Shown in pieces: positions 41,691 to 55,475 of a DNA stretch of 64,000 nucleotides; position 1 is the stretch's first letter, and each line of letters opens with the position of its first letter. The notes below the pieces were generated by a model that ran no database searches, was not told the origin of the DNA, and worked only from the letters and a program-made list of their open reading frames with translations. This DNA comes from Eledone cirrhosa (lineage: Eukaryota). The stretch covers positions 74,772,001 through 74,836,000 of the forward strand of contig OZ024747.1 in assembly GCA_964016885.1 (NCBI GenBank), read 5' to 3'. The translations under genes were made by a program, and so were the position numbers.

Positions 41691-43528
41691 ATGCCGGTGT
41701 ACTTAGTGTCACGAATGATCAGAAAAGGGAGGCCTGGAAATGTCATTATGAGAGACTGATGAATGTGGAGAACAAATGGGAGAGAGAGAAATTGCCCTTG
41801 GTAGATCCGACAGAGGGACCAGCTATTGAGATTGACGAATATAGGGTCCAAGAGGCGATTAGGGAAATGAAAAATGGTAAGGCTGCCGGACCATCGGGAA
41901 TAGTTGCTGAGATGCTGAAGGCATCAGGGGACGTAGGCACTAAACTGGCTGCACGCATCATCAATCAGACTATATATGGTGGTGTCATACCCAAAGACTG
42001 GTGCAGCAGTATTCTCATAAATTGCTACAAAGGTAAAGGGGATGCTTTGGAGAGGAGCAATTATAGGGGTATAAAACTGATAGATCAGGTTATGAAAGTG
42101 GCAGAAAGGATATTAGCACAACTAATTAGAGAAAGGGTCAAACTAGATGAGATGCAGTTTGGTTTCGTGCCTGGGAAGAGTACAACAGATGCCTTCTTCT
42201 TGGTGAGACAATTGCAAGAGAGGTTCTTAGAGAAGAATAAGCCACTATACTTAGCCTTTGTTGACCTAGAGAAGGCCTTTGATAGGGTACCCCGATCTGT
42301 CATCTGGTGGTCCCTAAGGAAGCTGGGTGTTGAGGAATGGCTTGTGAGGACAGTGCAAACTTTGTACAGAGGTACTCTCAGTAAAGTCAGGGTAGGAATG
42401 GAGTTTAGTGAGGAATTCCAGATACAGAAGTAGGAGTACATCAGGGTTCGGTCCTCAGCCCACTCTGGTTCATTATAGTCCTCCAAGCCATAACAGAGGA
42501 GTTTAAGACTGGCTGTCCATGAGAACTTCTCTATGCTGACGATCTGGTTCTTATAGCAGAATCAGTAGAGGAGCTAGAGAATAAATTCTGGCTATGGAAA
42601 CAGCAGTTGGAAGCAAGAGGACTGAGAGTGAATCTAGCTAAGACAAAAGTGTTGATGAGTAGAAAAGAGGACAAAACCCTGATTCCGTCAGGGAAATGGC
42701 CATGTTCGATATGCAGAAAAGGAACTGGCATAAATTCTATAAAATGCACACAATGCAGATCCTGGGTACACAAGAGATGTAGTGGGATAGCAGGCAAACT
42801 AACAGGTAGGGAGAAATATGCATGCAGAAGATGTACAGGGAAATTAGACAGTAGAAGTCGCATTGATAGACACATTTTTCAAATGCAGGAGGGCGCTATA
42901 GAAGTGGTGGATAGCTTCCGGTACCTAGGAGATCAGATTAGCATGGGAGGAGGGTGTTCCGAGGCCATAGTATCTAGAATAAGGACGGGTTGGAAGAAGT
43001 TTAGGGAGCTGCTTCCTCTGTTGACGAAGAAGGTTTCTCCCTGCGTACAAAAGGCCGGTTATATGATGCCTGTGTGAGGAGTACGATGCTGCATGGTAGT
43101 GAGACATGGGCAGCAACTGCAGAGGATATGCAACGGCTGGAGAGAAATGAGGCAAGCATGCTCCATTGGATGTGCAGTGTAAATGTGCGTGAACGACCCA
43201 GCATAAATGTGTTGAGAGAGAAACTGTGTCTGAAAGGGATAGAATGTAGTGTACGGGAGAGGAGACTGAGGAGGTATGGACATGTGATGTGCATGGAGGA
43301 TGACCGATGGGTGAAGAAGTGCTAGGAATTGCCAGTTGAAGGAAGACGTGGTAGAGGTAGACCACGAAAAACATGGGCGGAGGTGGTGAGAACAGACCTC
43401 AGATCATTGAAGCTCACAGTGGAGATGTCGAAGGACCGTGACGAGTGGAGAGATGCTGTGCTGAATAAGACCCGTCCCACCCTTGCAAGCAGGGAAAAGC
43501 GGACGTAAAATGATGATGATGATGATGA
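41687..43528 (+). mobile_element. 5'-truncated RTE-clade LINE (family A), reverse transcriptase pseudogene
   Basis: KAAGPSGI, NYRGIKL, QFGFVPGKST, AFVDLEKAFDRV, QGSVLSP, YADDL (42532), FRYLG and a C4HC3 finger. Frameshifts at about 42420 and 43035, stops at 42520 and 43323, (TGA)n tail. Confidence 0.95.
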
Positions 43529-43562
43529 TATATATATATATATCATCATCATCATCATCATC

Positions 43563-43594
<32 letters not shown>

Positions 43595-43814
43595 ATATAT
43601 ACATATACATATATATATATATATATACATATATATATGTATATATTATATATACATATATATATGTATATATTATATATACATATATATATATATACAT
43701 ATATATATGTATATATTATATTTACATATATATATGTATATATATATATATATGTATATATTATATATACATATATATATGTATATATATTATATATACA
43801 TATATATATGTATA

Positions 43815-43847
<33 letters not shown>

Positions 43848-43902
43848 GTATATATATATGTATATATTATATATGTATATATATATATATATGTATATAT
43901 TA

Positions 43903-43960
<58 letters not shown>

Positions 43961-43961
43961 G

Positions 43962-43992
<31 letters not shown>

Positions 43993-44052
43993 TATATATG
44001 TATATATATATATATACATATATATATGTATATATTATATACATATATATAT

Positions 44053-44390
44053 GGAGGCACATGGCTTAGTGATTAGAGCATTGGTCTTGCAATTGAAAGG
44101 TTGTGAGTTCAATTCTCAGACCGGGTGATGTGTTGTTTCCTTGAGCAAGACACTTTATTTCACATTGCTCCAGTTTACTCAGCTGTAGAAATGAGATGAT
44201 AGGGACCTCAGTCCCTATCATTCCACTGCAAAGTGGTCGTGGAGGTGCCATGGCAAAAAAGCACCCAGCACTCACTGTAAATGAGGTTGGTGTTAGGAAG
44301 GGCATCCAGCTGTAGAAATCAAGCCAGAATCAGTTCCCACCCTTGCAAGCAGGGAAAAGCAGACGTAAAATGATGATGATGATGATGATG
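44053..44390 (+). mobile_element. Full-length tRNA-derived CORE-like SINE with RTE-A 3' tail
   Basis: A box tggcttagtgatt and B box gagttcaattc. The segment ttgagcaagacacttt..cagtttactcagctgtagaaatgag resembles the MIR CORE. The tail is shared with RTE-A. Confidence 0.85.
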
Positions 44391-44613
44391 ATATATATAT
44401 ATATACACACACAGACATACATACATATAGATGTATGTATATAAATGTATGTATATATGTAAGTATATATATATGTATAATATATATATATGTATGTATA
44501 TGTATATATGTATAATATATATATATGTATAATATATATATATGTATATATGTATAATATATATATATATAAATATATGTATATATATATGTATAATATA
44601 AATATATGTATAT

Positions 44614-44644
<31 letters not shown>

Positions 44645-44651
44645 ATATAAA

Positions 44652-44692
<41 letters not shown>

Positions 44693-44753
44693 AATATATG
44701 TATATATATATATGTATAATATATGTATATATATATATGTATATATATATATG

Positions 44754-44786
<33 letters not shown>

Positions 44787-47700
44787 ATATATAGCAGAAT
44801 TTGTATTCCTTTCGCTAGATTTCTGGGGGTTTTTTTCTAAACTCAAACACGGTATTGATATAATGAGATCAGCTTCGGATTAAATTTATATTGTAAAAGT
44901 AAATATGACATCTCCCATTATTATCACCATTTATTGATATTTTATTGGTAGCAGCTCCAGAAATGTATCTGCTCCAGAAATGTATCTGTAAGACTATACT
45001 CAATAATAACAAATTAATCTCGTAGGTACAAAAATTTGAAAAAAAATTATAAATTTTCTGTTGAGAATTTCTTTTGTAAAATATATATCACTTTTAGTTA
45101 ACCCCTACTGTATGTAATATTTCAAATGAAGGTCATTCATAATTAACCACAAAAATTAATTAGAAACCAATGTAATTATCACATTCAAAATGGAATTATA
45201 ATTTGTACTGATTTTCTTCTTTATCAATTCTTGTTTTTATTTGGAGAAATTTTCAATTATAGGTTGTTGTTTTTTTTCCTAAAAATTGTATTTGCATATC
45301 TGAAAAAGAAAAAATAACAAAAGACCTACTCTATTTAGTTCAGTGCTCATTACCATATTCAGGACATCTAGCACCACTAGCTTGGGTTGGAAGGGAAGAA
45401 GATATTCTCAATCTGGATACCTGGACCAAATACTTGTGACAGAATGGACTCCATCTAAATTTAACCAAATTTAACACTTAACTAAACCACAGTGGGATTT
45501 GGACTTGGAATACAATACAAGAAGCCAGAACAAATACTGTCAGGTTTCTCATCCAATTCTCTGCTAAATCACAACTTTGTACTTTATTATATCAACCAGC
45601 CCTGAAAGGATGAAACGGATGAAAGTGGAGGCATGTGATCCAATGGTGGGGGGGGGGGGGGGTTTGTCATAATGTTATGGGTTTGATTCTTAGACTGGGT
45701 TGTGTGTTTTTTAGCAAAATACTTCATTTTCTAATGCTCCAGTATACTCAGCTGAAAATGATTACCAGCAGTAGCTGGAAGGTTAACCCTGTGATGGATT
45801 GGCATCCTCTCCGGGTAGAGGTTGTACTCTCAGTCAACACCACAAAAACCAGGACATACCTAGAGAGGAGAGGGGCTCCGTCAGGTTGTAAAATCCCCTA
45901 GAAATGCTGTGTTAATACAGTGCCCCTATAGATTTCTTGGGAGTTACAGGACCATAGATAGATATCAGACATAAACAGATGTTAGTTTAATTGAATTTTA
46001 CATTTCCCTACATTTCTGTGACCTTGCGAAAAAGTATTTCTAACATTAGCCCAAGGCCATATATACTGTGAAGGGGGCTATAGGTGATTGTTACCCTTAT
46101 CTTTATCCATTGTCCTTATGTGAAGACCCATTTGTTATGTTCATTAATTTCATTATAATTGTATTTATAACATCCCTTATATCCTTAACCATCAACCTTA
46201 GGCAAGACAGCAAGCACACCTTCACCCCAACAGTCTCTGTTTCCTCTGAAGATTTGAACTCCAGTGTCTCTTGCTATGGTATCTTGTTATCTAGACGAGA
46301 TCTCCCACAACAACAGGTCTGAAACATATCTCATCTTTTGCACAGAATCAGTGACTATCAAACCTTGTGCAACATTCAATCAGTCATACACTTACTTTCG
46401 GGATTAAATCAACCTCAGTACAAGACTGGTATTTATTTTATTGATATTGGAAGAATAAAATACAGAGTTGATGTCAATGGAATTTGAACACAGAATGTAA
46501 AGTGATTGTAACTAAATACTGCAATGTATTTTGCCTGATGTGCTAATCATCATCATCATACATCTGTCATTCCACGCATGCATGGGTTGGACAGGTCCTT
46601 CTCAATACAGCATCTCTCCACTTGTCGCATTCTTTGCCATCATCTCCTCCATAAGATTTAGCAATCTGAGATCAGCTCTTACCACTTCCATCCAGGTCTT
46701 CCTTGGTCTTCTTCTACTGTCACTTCCTTCCACTGGGATTATATGGCACTTCTTCAAACAGTGATCACCATCCACATGCATCACATGTCCATTACAACAC
46801 AGTCCTGTCTCCTACACACTACTATAAAAGAATAGAACCTCTCATTCTGGCTCTACAGGTCTCACCAGAAGTCTGAGAATATTAGTTGTAACTATTGCTA
46901 AATAAATTAAAGTAATTAAATTATTAATGTGCATTCTCTTGAGACAAAATATTCTTCTACTCTTCTAACATGTAACCAATTTACTGCCATGACTTATACA
47001 ATGTTATGAGTAGACACACATGAATTAATGTATATACATACACACACACACATGTACATATGTACATAAGTATAGACACACATATATACTTTCACACACA
47101 CACACATACATATATATATACATACGTACATACATACCCACATACATACGTACATACATGCTGTCTACTTGTGAGGTGGGTGGTGGTGGTGGTGGGAAGG
47201 GCATCCAGCCGTGAAGGGCCTGCCAAACAAAGGTTTGTGTGAACCCTTCTGATGCGCCAAGGCACGACAGCCTCCCTAGTATTTGGTGACCTACATGATA
47301 AATGCACCTAGTACATGCTGTAAAGTGGTTGGTGATAGGAAGGTCATCCAGCCATAGAAAGCTTGCCAAATAAAGGATTGCAAGGACCCTCAGTTATGTC
47401 AAAAGACATGACAACCTCTCCTGTGCACTTGGTAGAATGTGAGACCATACAGCAGCAAGACAACAGATCCCTGGCTTGGGAGGTCTGTAACCAGCGCTTT
47501 AGTACTGACTTAGTCTATGTTAACCTGTCCAACCCTTGCTTGCAGGGAACGCAGACAATAAAACAATGATGATGATATTGATGATGATGATGATATATAA
47601 TTTTTATTTTTTTAAACTACTGAAATTTTAAAATCAAAGTCAATACTAGATCAGATGTAAGACAATGTACTTACAGGGTAACCTCAATTTAGTTTTCTAA

Positions 47701-48386
47701 ATCCTATGTTACTAATTTTAGTAAAGTAAATTTAGTGGCTCTCCCTATCAGAAACCTTTTAATTCAGTCTAATGAGGATTAAACAAATGGGCAAATTTCT
47801 TCATACACACACATATATACACAAACATACAGACACACACATACACAAGCATATAGACACACATATGCACACATACAAACACACTTACACACATACACAC
47901 ACATACACAAAAATATGCACAAACATACATAACAATACAGGCACACATATACACTGCATTAACCTCATTCAGTTGTGTTAATCTTCCAGTTTAGATGGAT
48001 CAGAATCACTGCCCCTTAACAGATTAACTTACATTGTGTGTGTGTGTGTCAGTTAACTGGTACATGAGTTTCACTAGTACCACATGTATAGAGCCACCAC
48101 CCCCACCATAATAAATGTTTCATGTTATTTATATATCTATGAATCTACAATCCAGCATTAATTCATAACATCCTGAAATATTTTAGCATAAAATATCTAA
48201 AAACCGGTTTGTTAATCCAAATGCCTGTAGTATCTTTATTACTGTACAGATCATTGTGAAACTTTGCAGTATTAGAGTAAAGACTTCAGTTGTTAATGTG
48301 ATGGAATCATAATGTTGTTTTGTGCTTTTCAAAAATGTCTTGTTCGTGATTTCTTAGAGTGCTGAATGTTAAGATTTTAAAAAATA

Positions 48387-48590
48387 TTTAAATATTAATT
48401 TATTATGGCTAAATAGTGAGTCTTGTTACTCTGGAGTTTCACCTGTACACTTATAGGGTCATCAGACTGCGAGCGAGCAGGTGAAACTCCAGAGTAACAA
48501 GACTCACTATTTAGCCATAATAGATTAATATTTAAACTCTAATTTGGTATTGAGTACTCTTTTCAACTACATACAGATATAAATTCGTTA
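48387..48590 (+). mobile_element. Short HHR element with 59-bp fold-back
   Basis: Arms 48387-48445 and 48478-48536. The minus arm reads CTGATGA ccct...aggt GAA actc-ca-gagt A. Tail ggtattgagtact. Confidence 0.7.
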
Positions 48591-49270
48591 GTATTAGGAA
48601 AGGCATCCAGTCATGGAAATCTTGCCAAACAAGGGGTTAATATGTGTATTACTTTACTCATGAGATTACTGGTATTGCATGTGTTTAATTAACCCTATAT
48701 CATCAAAGACAAAACAGACTTCTTTAATATATACACACATATATATATATTAAAACCTCCATGCTTCCTGAGATTCACCAACACTACACCTAATATTCCC
48801 GCTCCATACACACACACACACACACATGTATATCATGACACATACACTATTCACTTCCCTGACATTTGTATATTATTCTATGTACTATACATGCACCTTT
48901 GATGAGTTGTAGTGCACCTGAGCATTACTGTACACAATAATTTCATTATTATTATTATTATATATATATATAATTTCATTCTCATTCTCCATAAAATAAT
49001 TTGTAAGGTAAAAATATATTGGTTTCTGATTTAGGACCAGGCCTACAATTTAGGGAAAGTCAATTAAATCGACCCCAGTGCATTACTGGTACTTTATTTA
49101 TCGACCCCATAAGGATAAAAAGTAAAGGAAAGGTAGGGACGAGAAGGTACAAATAAAATAAAATCAATAATATGCTGCTCAAAAATTGCCAGGGTCAGGT
49201 GAGGGAATTTCATTTAGGATATTATCACAATGAGGACACATGCTCTAAAAAAAGGGGTGTAGACCCTTAC

Positions 49271-49419
49271 TTCCTGCTCCATAATTACAGTAAGTGCGAT
49301 TGTGAATGACCTTGAAGTATATGTTTGGCTACACAAGTGAAAAGGGAGGTAAATCTTCCTATATTGAAGAAGAAATAAAATTCTTCCTTCTCCAGGAATG
49401 ATGTGTTGAGTACTACAGT
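49271..49419 (-). CDS. Candidate internal coding exon (149 nt, phase 1 to 0), possibly the N-terminal half of a divergent CUB-like domain
   Basis: Acceptor tttttcttttaatcttatcgtgtcag, donor GAA|gtaagg. Open frame CSTQHIIPGEGRILFLLQYRKIYLPFHLCSQTYTSRSFTIALTVIMEQE. The C..G.I....Y...Y....C spacing recalls CUB; the domain call is tentative. Confidence 0.55.
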
Positions 49420-49521
49420 CTGACACGATAAGATTAAAAGAAAAATACTAATTGTCATTTTACCTACAATATCCCATATGTGTGTATATGATGGGTAGAA
49501 AGTGTTTGTATATGTATAAAC

Positions 49522-49555
<34 letters not shown>

Positions 49556-49809
49556 ATATGCATATAAATATGTACACACACAACACACATATATGTGTAT
49601 ATATATATGTATATGTGTATGTGTGTGTGTGCACAACTTACATTTTCTCTGTTAGTGTGTACAAAACTTTGCTTGGAATTAAAATGTCTCCATAAACATC
49701 TACCCTAGATCTAATATGAGATCTCCCTTTACAGTTGGTTGATTTGTTAGAAATAGCAGTGAGATTTCCCTTCAATCACACTCCTTTAACCCTTTCATTG
49801 TGACACTGG

Positions 49810-50870
49810 GATGCCTTTGATCACCAAGATTCATGACCATAGGTAAGGGTTGAGACGAATACCAAATTGAAGATAGCAAGTTTGGCTTTTACACCTACCT
49901 CCCTTCTTCTGATTACCGAATGCTGAAGCTGGCGCATTACTGCACCAGCTCCTACAATTCTTGCACTTAATTCAGCCTCCTACTTTGCATCACTCATGAA
50001 AATGGTCCCGAGTTATTTGAACGTCTCCACCTGCTTCAGTGGAACTCCATTCACATGTAGAGTGCACTGCACGGGCTTCCTTGAGAGAATGAGTATCTCA
50101 GTTTTCGCAGCACTGATTTTGATTCCAGCCATGCAGCACTCGGTATCAAACCTAACAAGTGAATGTCGGAGATCATCTTATATAATATAATATAATATAA
50201 TGAAATTATTGTATAAAGTGCTCAGGTGCACTACAACTCGTCAAAGGTGTATGTATAGTACATAGAATAATATACAAATGTCAGGGAAGTGAATAGTGTA
50301 TGAGTCATGATATACATGTGTGTATGTGTATGGAGGGGGAACATTAGGTGTAGTGTTGGCGAATCTCGGGAAGCATGGAGGTTTTAAAGGATGCAGTGTA
50401 TAGACAGCTAACAACTGATGCAGGTAGTTTGTTCCATGCTTCAGCAACTCTGAGCATGAAAAAATGTTTCCGAAAGTCATGGGAACTGTGCTGTTTTCTG
50501 ACTTTGTGGGCATGTCCACGTGTGTTAGACACATGGAAATCAAAAAGATACTCAGGGTTGTTGTTCGCAAGATGGTTAACAATATTGTCTGCAAATTCCA
50601 GCCGACTGATTTTACACCTGCCAGTCATGCTACCACTTCCAACCCGACTGTGCATGTCAATCCTATTCGTGAAAATAATGAACAGGAGAGGTAATAGTAT
50701 GCACCCTAGACTGAGTCTTACTCTCACATTGAATGGTTTCGATTTAGCAACATTTGTCCGAACACAAATACTTGGGTATTCATATAAAATTATCGGGGCA
50801 GCAAGAAGCTGACCATTGATCCTATACTCCTGCAGAACCTTCCACAGCAGGTCCTGAGGAACCCGAACAA
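49810..50870 (-). mobile_element. Old RTE-clade (Rex3/Expander-like) RT fragment split by a CR1 insertion
   Basis: LWKVLQEYRING..GCILLPLLFIIF..LEFADN (50870-50580) continues after the insert as MAGIKISAAKTE..VETFK*LG..TLTYGHESW (50180-49810). Confidence 0.75.
50190..50580 (-). mobile_element. CR1-like LINE 3' fragment
   Basis: TRGHAHKV..FRKHFFMLRVAEAWNKLPASVV, followed by a 3' UTR and (ATTAT)n tail. Confidence 0.85.
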
Positions 50871-51599
50871 CACCAGTCATATAACTCTTGGCAATACTCC
50901 CAAGATTTCTCAAAGACCTGTCACATTGCGAATAGTATTTATAATTTTTAATATCGTCACAATATTTGTATTCAAATAAAATATTGGTGTTAGTTAATCA
51001 ATCCGAAATTATTCTTTATTCTATTTGTAAAAATTCAAAGCAAAATATTCAATTATTTCTATGCAGGGTATTTTTTTTTTTAATATTAATAAATTTTGAT
51101 TAAAACAAATGTTATTATAGATTAATTTTAAGTTTCAATCGTCGTGAAAATCTTTGGAATCAAATTTATTTCACTTTATTCATTAAAAAGCATTTTCATA
51201 AATCGACAATATTACTGAACATATCCAATATTGATTTTATAAATCTTCTTTTTTTCCCTCCATTTCTAATAAATATCCAATAATATTATTTAAGGGAAAT
51301 AACTCTAAACATTTTTGCGATTATTTCCCTTGAATTATGTTTACATTTAAATAAAATATTTTGTGTATATTTTAACTTAAGTGTACTATTACATTTTATA
51401 TCCAGATTATGATTTATACAGTGTTTCATAAGATTTCATCCTGATATACCTATGTGTGTGTATGTGTGTGTGTGTATATATGCAGGGTGTCTCATTACCT
51501 GTCCAGGTAATATTGTATACATTTTGGGGAGACACCCTAAGACATTTTTTTCTAATTCCAACCCGCCCGTCCCCTCAATCTATTTTATTTCTCATTCTT

Positions 51600-51635
51600 T
51601 CTTCTGATGAAGAACTAGCATCCGAAACGTTAATA
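51600..51635 (+). ncRNA. Decayed minimal hammerhead, paralogue of 31755
   Basis: tctt CTGATGA agaactagcatcc GAA acgt T aata. The downstream 90 nt align with 31790-31890. Stem II is disrupted. Confidence 0.55.
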
Positions 51636-51719
51636 CCCTCTTCCTGATATATCAAGCGTTAACCTAATATATACCTTCCATATACTGTACCTATTGTGTT
51701 GTTATTTCTGTTTACCTTT

Positions 51720-51756
<37 letters not shown>

Positions 51757-52206
51757 CACATGTGAAGGTGCATGACTTAGTAGTTAGAGCGTTGGGATTA
51801 TAATCGTGAGGTTGTAAGTTAGATTCCCGTACTTGGCTTTGTATTGTGTTCTTGAGCAAGACATTTTATTTTCATATTGCTCCAGTAACTCACTTCTACA
51901 GCTGAGTGCACTGGAGCAATGTGAAATAAAGTGTCTTGCTGAAAGACACAATGTAACATCAAGAATATTACTCACAACTTTTCGACCATGAACCAAATAC
52001 TCTAACCAATAAATCACTTACCTTTGATATTCTGTGTGTATATGTATTATCTTCATCATCATTTTTACGTCCTTTTTTCCATGCTTGCATGGGCTGGATG
52101 GGTCCTTTTCAGCACAGTATCTCTCCACTCACCACCCATCTAGTAGGAGGGCAGTGACTCCAATAAATATCAACTTCATAGAGCAGGCATAAGGCTCAGT
52201 AGTTTA

Positions 52207-52255
<49 letters not shown>

Positions 52256-52263
<8 letters not shown>

Positions 52264-52512
52264 GACGTAAAATAAGAAAATTATAAAAATTAACTTACTT
52301 ACTAAAATTTCACTCCAACTAATTAGTTTCTGAAAGGGAATAAAGGACTTCTCCAAGCGTTTCTCCGGAAACCTTGTTTATTCCCTTTCAGAAACTAATT
52401 AGTTGGAGTGAAATTTTAGTAAGTTAATTTTTATAATTTTCTTATTTTACGTCTTTCATATTATTGTTCTGCATCCCCATGCATTGAACCACAAAGTTAC
52501 TAAGACAAAACC
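52256..52512 (+). mobile_element. Short element with about 85-bp fold-back
   Basis: Arms 52256-52344 and 52377-52461 (4-nt indel). Contains GAA followed by the palindrome actaattagt, but no intact CUGANGA. Confidence 0.55.
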
Positions 52513-52570
52513 TATATATTTGCTGGCATAGGTATGCATCTGTATATATATGTTAGTAGATATACTAATT

Positions 52571-52618
<48 letters not shown>

Positions 52619-52959
52619 CTGAGCTTTTCGAATATTAATAATATTCAATTCGTTTACAATTATGTAAACAGATTCTTTAAGCCATGTAAGTCATTCTTGC
52701 CTTTATGTTGGCATATATATTTATATAGGAGACGAATTGGCAGAGTTGTTAAGACGTTGGATAGAATGCTTTATGGTACACGTCCCACCTCTTTGTGCAC
52801 TCTGAGTTCAAATTCCGCCGTGGTCAACTTTGTCTTTCATCCTTTCAAGATCGATAAAAAAGTATCAGTCATCGGCTGTGTTCAGACTTGGAGAGGGTTG
52901 GGCGCCGCTAGGTTTAAATGTGCCTCTACGACTCCACAAGGAGTTATGGGATCTTTATC

Positions 52960-53009
<50 letters not shown>

Positions 53010-53711
53010 CATTATATATATATTCAAAATAGGAGCTACACAAAGCAAAGACAATGGCAAAAACAAAAATTCTTACAGATTTTGGGTTATGGGTTCACAA
53101 GCTAGTCATGGTTTAGACACTGTGGTTGACACTAAGTAAAGAGTTGTGGTTTTCAGAGACATATCCAAGTGTTGGTGGTTTATCCAGGATTTTTTGGAGG
53201 AATTTTTTTCAGGGAATCATTGAATATTATTGGATCTGTTTCTGTCTTGATGTATTTTGGAATGATATTAAAAAAACAAGGACCAGTTGAGGTAAAGTAG
53301 TTGTGTCACATTGTTATGAGATGCAAGTTATATTTTTGTAGTTGAAGGATAGCTCAGGGACCAACATTGGGTGGATTTTTAAAGGTGGTGACATTATTTG
53401 GGCAATATTGATGGAATATTTTCTACATCACAGAAGTCTTTAATATCTTTTATCATAAATCTGCTAGATCATAACAGATTCTAGAACTAAACAAGTAAAT
53501 TTTAATTATACTTTCCACAAAATATACTTGTCAATTTTCCTTATTAAGTAAACCTATTGTATATAATACTATATATATATATATATATATATATACATTT
53601 ATTATATATACAGATTAAAGTTTAAGCAAAGAATCCCTTATTATATATAGTAAAAATTGGCTCTATGGGTTTTATATATTTTATATATATTTTATATATA
53701 TATATATATAT

Positions 53712-54282
53712 CATCATCATCATCGTTTAACGTCCATCTTCCACGCTAGCATGGGTTTGGATGGGAATTTTCCCACTTGAGGCAAGATTGGTTGTCTTGC
53801 CCGTATAGGACTGTCTGGCAGGTTTTCTACGGCTGGATGCCCTTCCTAACACCAACCACGTTTACAGTGTGGACTGGGAGGTTTTAACCGTGTTACTTAC
53901 ACGGCCACATTACAGCGTGGACTGTGTGTTTTTTTGTCGTGACATCTACACGACCTCATTTATTTAGGACTGGATGTTGTGGTACCAACATAAATTTTCA
54001 TCTAAAGGGGGTGGTGTGGATGGGGTGAGGGTAGTGGGACGGGTATGTATTTTGGTAAGAGGTGCCTACTGACTGTAGGTTTCGCTTTGCACTTAGGCAA
54101 GGCGGGTCTTCTGTATTACTGTGTAGCGCCAAAGATCTCGGTCCAGTGACATTGTCTTGGAGAGGTGTAAGTGTGTGAGGTCGGAATTTATCAAGTCGTC
54201 CCAGGTTTTTCTGGGTCTGCCTACTCCGTGGCTACCGTCTATTTTAATCGCCCTGCACTTTTTTTGTACAGCTGTCATCTTT
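53712..54282 (-). mobile_element. RTE LINE family B 3' fragment
   Basis: KKCRAIKIDGSHGVGRPRKTWDD ORF end, UTR and (ATG)n tail. Confidence 0.85.
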
Positions 54283-54315
54283 CACGTTTCATATATATAT
54301 ATATATATACACACA

Positions 54316-54486
54316 TACATACATGTATATAGAGAGAGATCCCAAGTGAAATCGGGGGTAAATAGAGTTAAAATAGGTACTCAATACATTTGTAGAATGT
54401 AAACATCATTAATATACAAAATCCTTCTAGAACTATTTCGTTCCTAATGATTTCATACGAATGAAACAGTTCCAGTCTTGTAGAAG

Positions 54487-54522
<36 letters not shown>

Positions 54523-54599
54523 CTTCTACAAGACTGGAACTGTTTCATTTTAACTCTATTTACCCCTGATTTCAATTGGGATCTCTCTATATATACATG

Positions 54600-54604
<5 letters not shown>
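54316..54604. mobile_element. Two mirror-image HHR-family fragments around a (TA)n tract
   Basis: 54460-54490 is inverted at 54519-54549, and 54316-54371 at 54550-54604. The HHR relic reads ctaatga tttc-atac-gaat GAA acag..ttgt A (G5 mutated). Confidence 0.6.
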
Positions 54605-54634
<30 letters not shown>

Positions 54635-55053
54635 AAATGGGGAGAAGAATATATATATATATACATGCAAGCGTGGAACATGGACGTTAAGCGATGATGA
54701 TGATGATGATGATGATATATATATACACACATTTATAATTACACTCTGCTTAGTTCTACACCTCTATAGCAACTGGAAACTATGCATCGAGTGCTCACTC
54801 TGGTGAACCTACAGTAACTGGACGTTACATTCCCTATATATATCGTAAAAACGCAATGTTGCTCCCCACACTATTTGTGCATCTGCATTACTGTTTTCTC
54901 TTCTAGTGTAAACAACTGTGCATTAACATAATTTTCAACTTTAATTTAAGAGTTATCTCCCTTATGCTATATGCTGCACCCAGAGTTAGTGGTGTATATA
55001 CATTTTAGTTTCGTTCTATCACTCTCCATTGAACTGTTTCTCTCTGTCTCTCT

Positions 55054-55111
<58 letters not shown>

Positions 55112-55208
55112 GTATATAATGTGTGTGTGTGTATTTATGTATATATAGTTCTTTTTCCTGAATACCACTACTATAATGTGTATGAATATAGATGCATACA
55201 CGCATGTG

Positions 55209-55245
<37 letters not shown>

Positions 55246-55432
55246 TGAACCTCATTTATTGCCCTCAAAATAAACACAGTTGTATTGAAATAAACAAAGA
55301 AGCCAACCTGTTGCAACAGTGAGGTGTTGCAGTAGAAATTTAGAAATTAAGATTAATATTCAATATGAATGAGAAATAGGCTTCCTTTGCATCATAAAAT
55401 ATGTATAAATATGTGCGTATGTGTATATTTGT

Positions 55433-55475
<43 letters not shown>

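Noticed and set aside
44053-44125. tRNA gene
   Set aside because: A and B boxes are present, but this is the head of a repeated SINE and lacks a complete cloverleaf.
43483-44128. YI/HT/CV-rich ORFs here and throughout the track
   Set aside because: Translations of (TA)n, (CA)n and (TG)n microsatellites.
49219-49290. Plus-strand exon ending in gtaagt
   Set aside because: Weak acceptor, and it overlaps the better-supported minus-strand exon.
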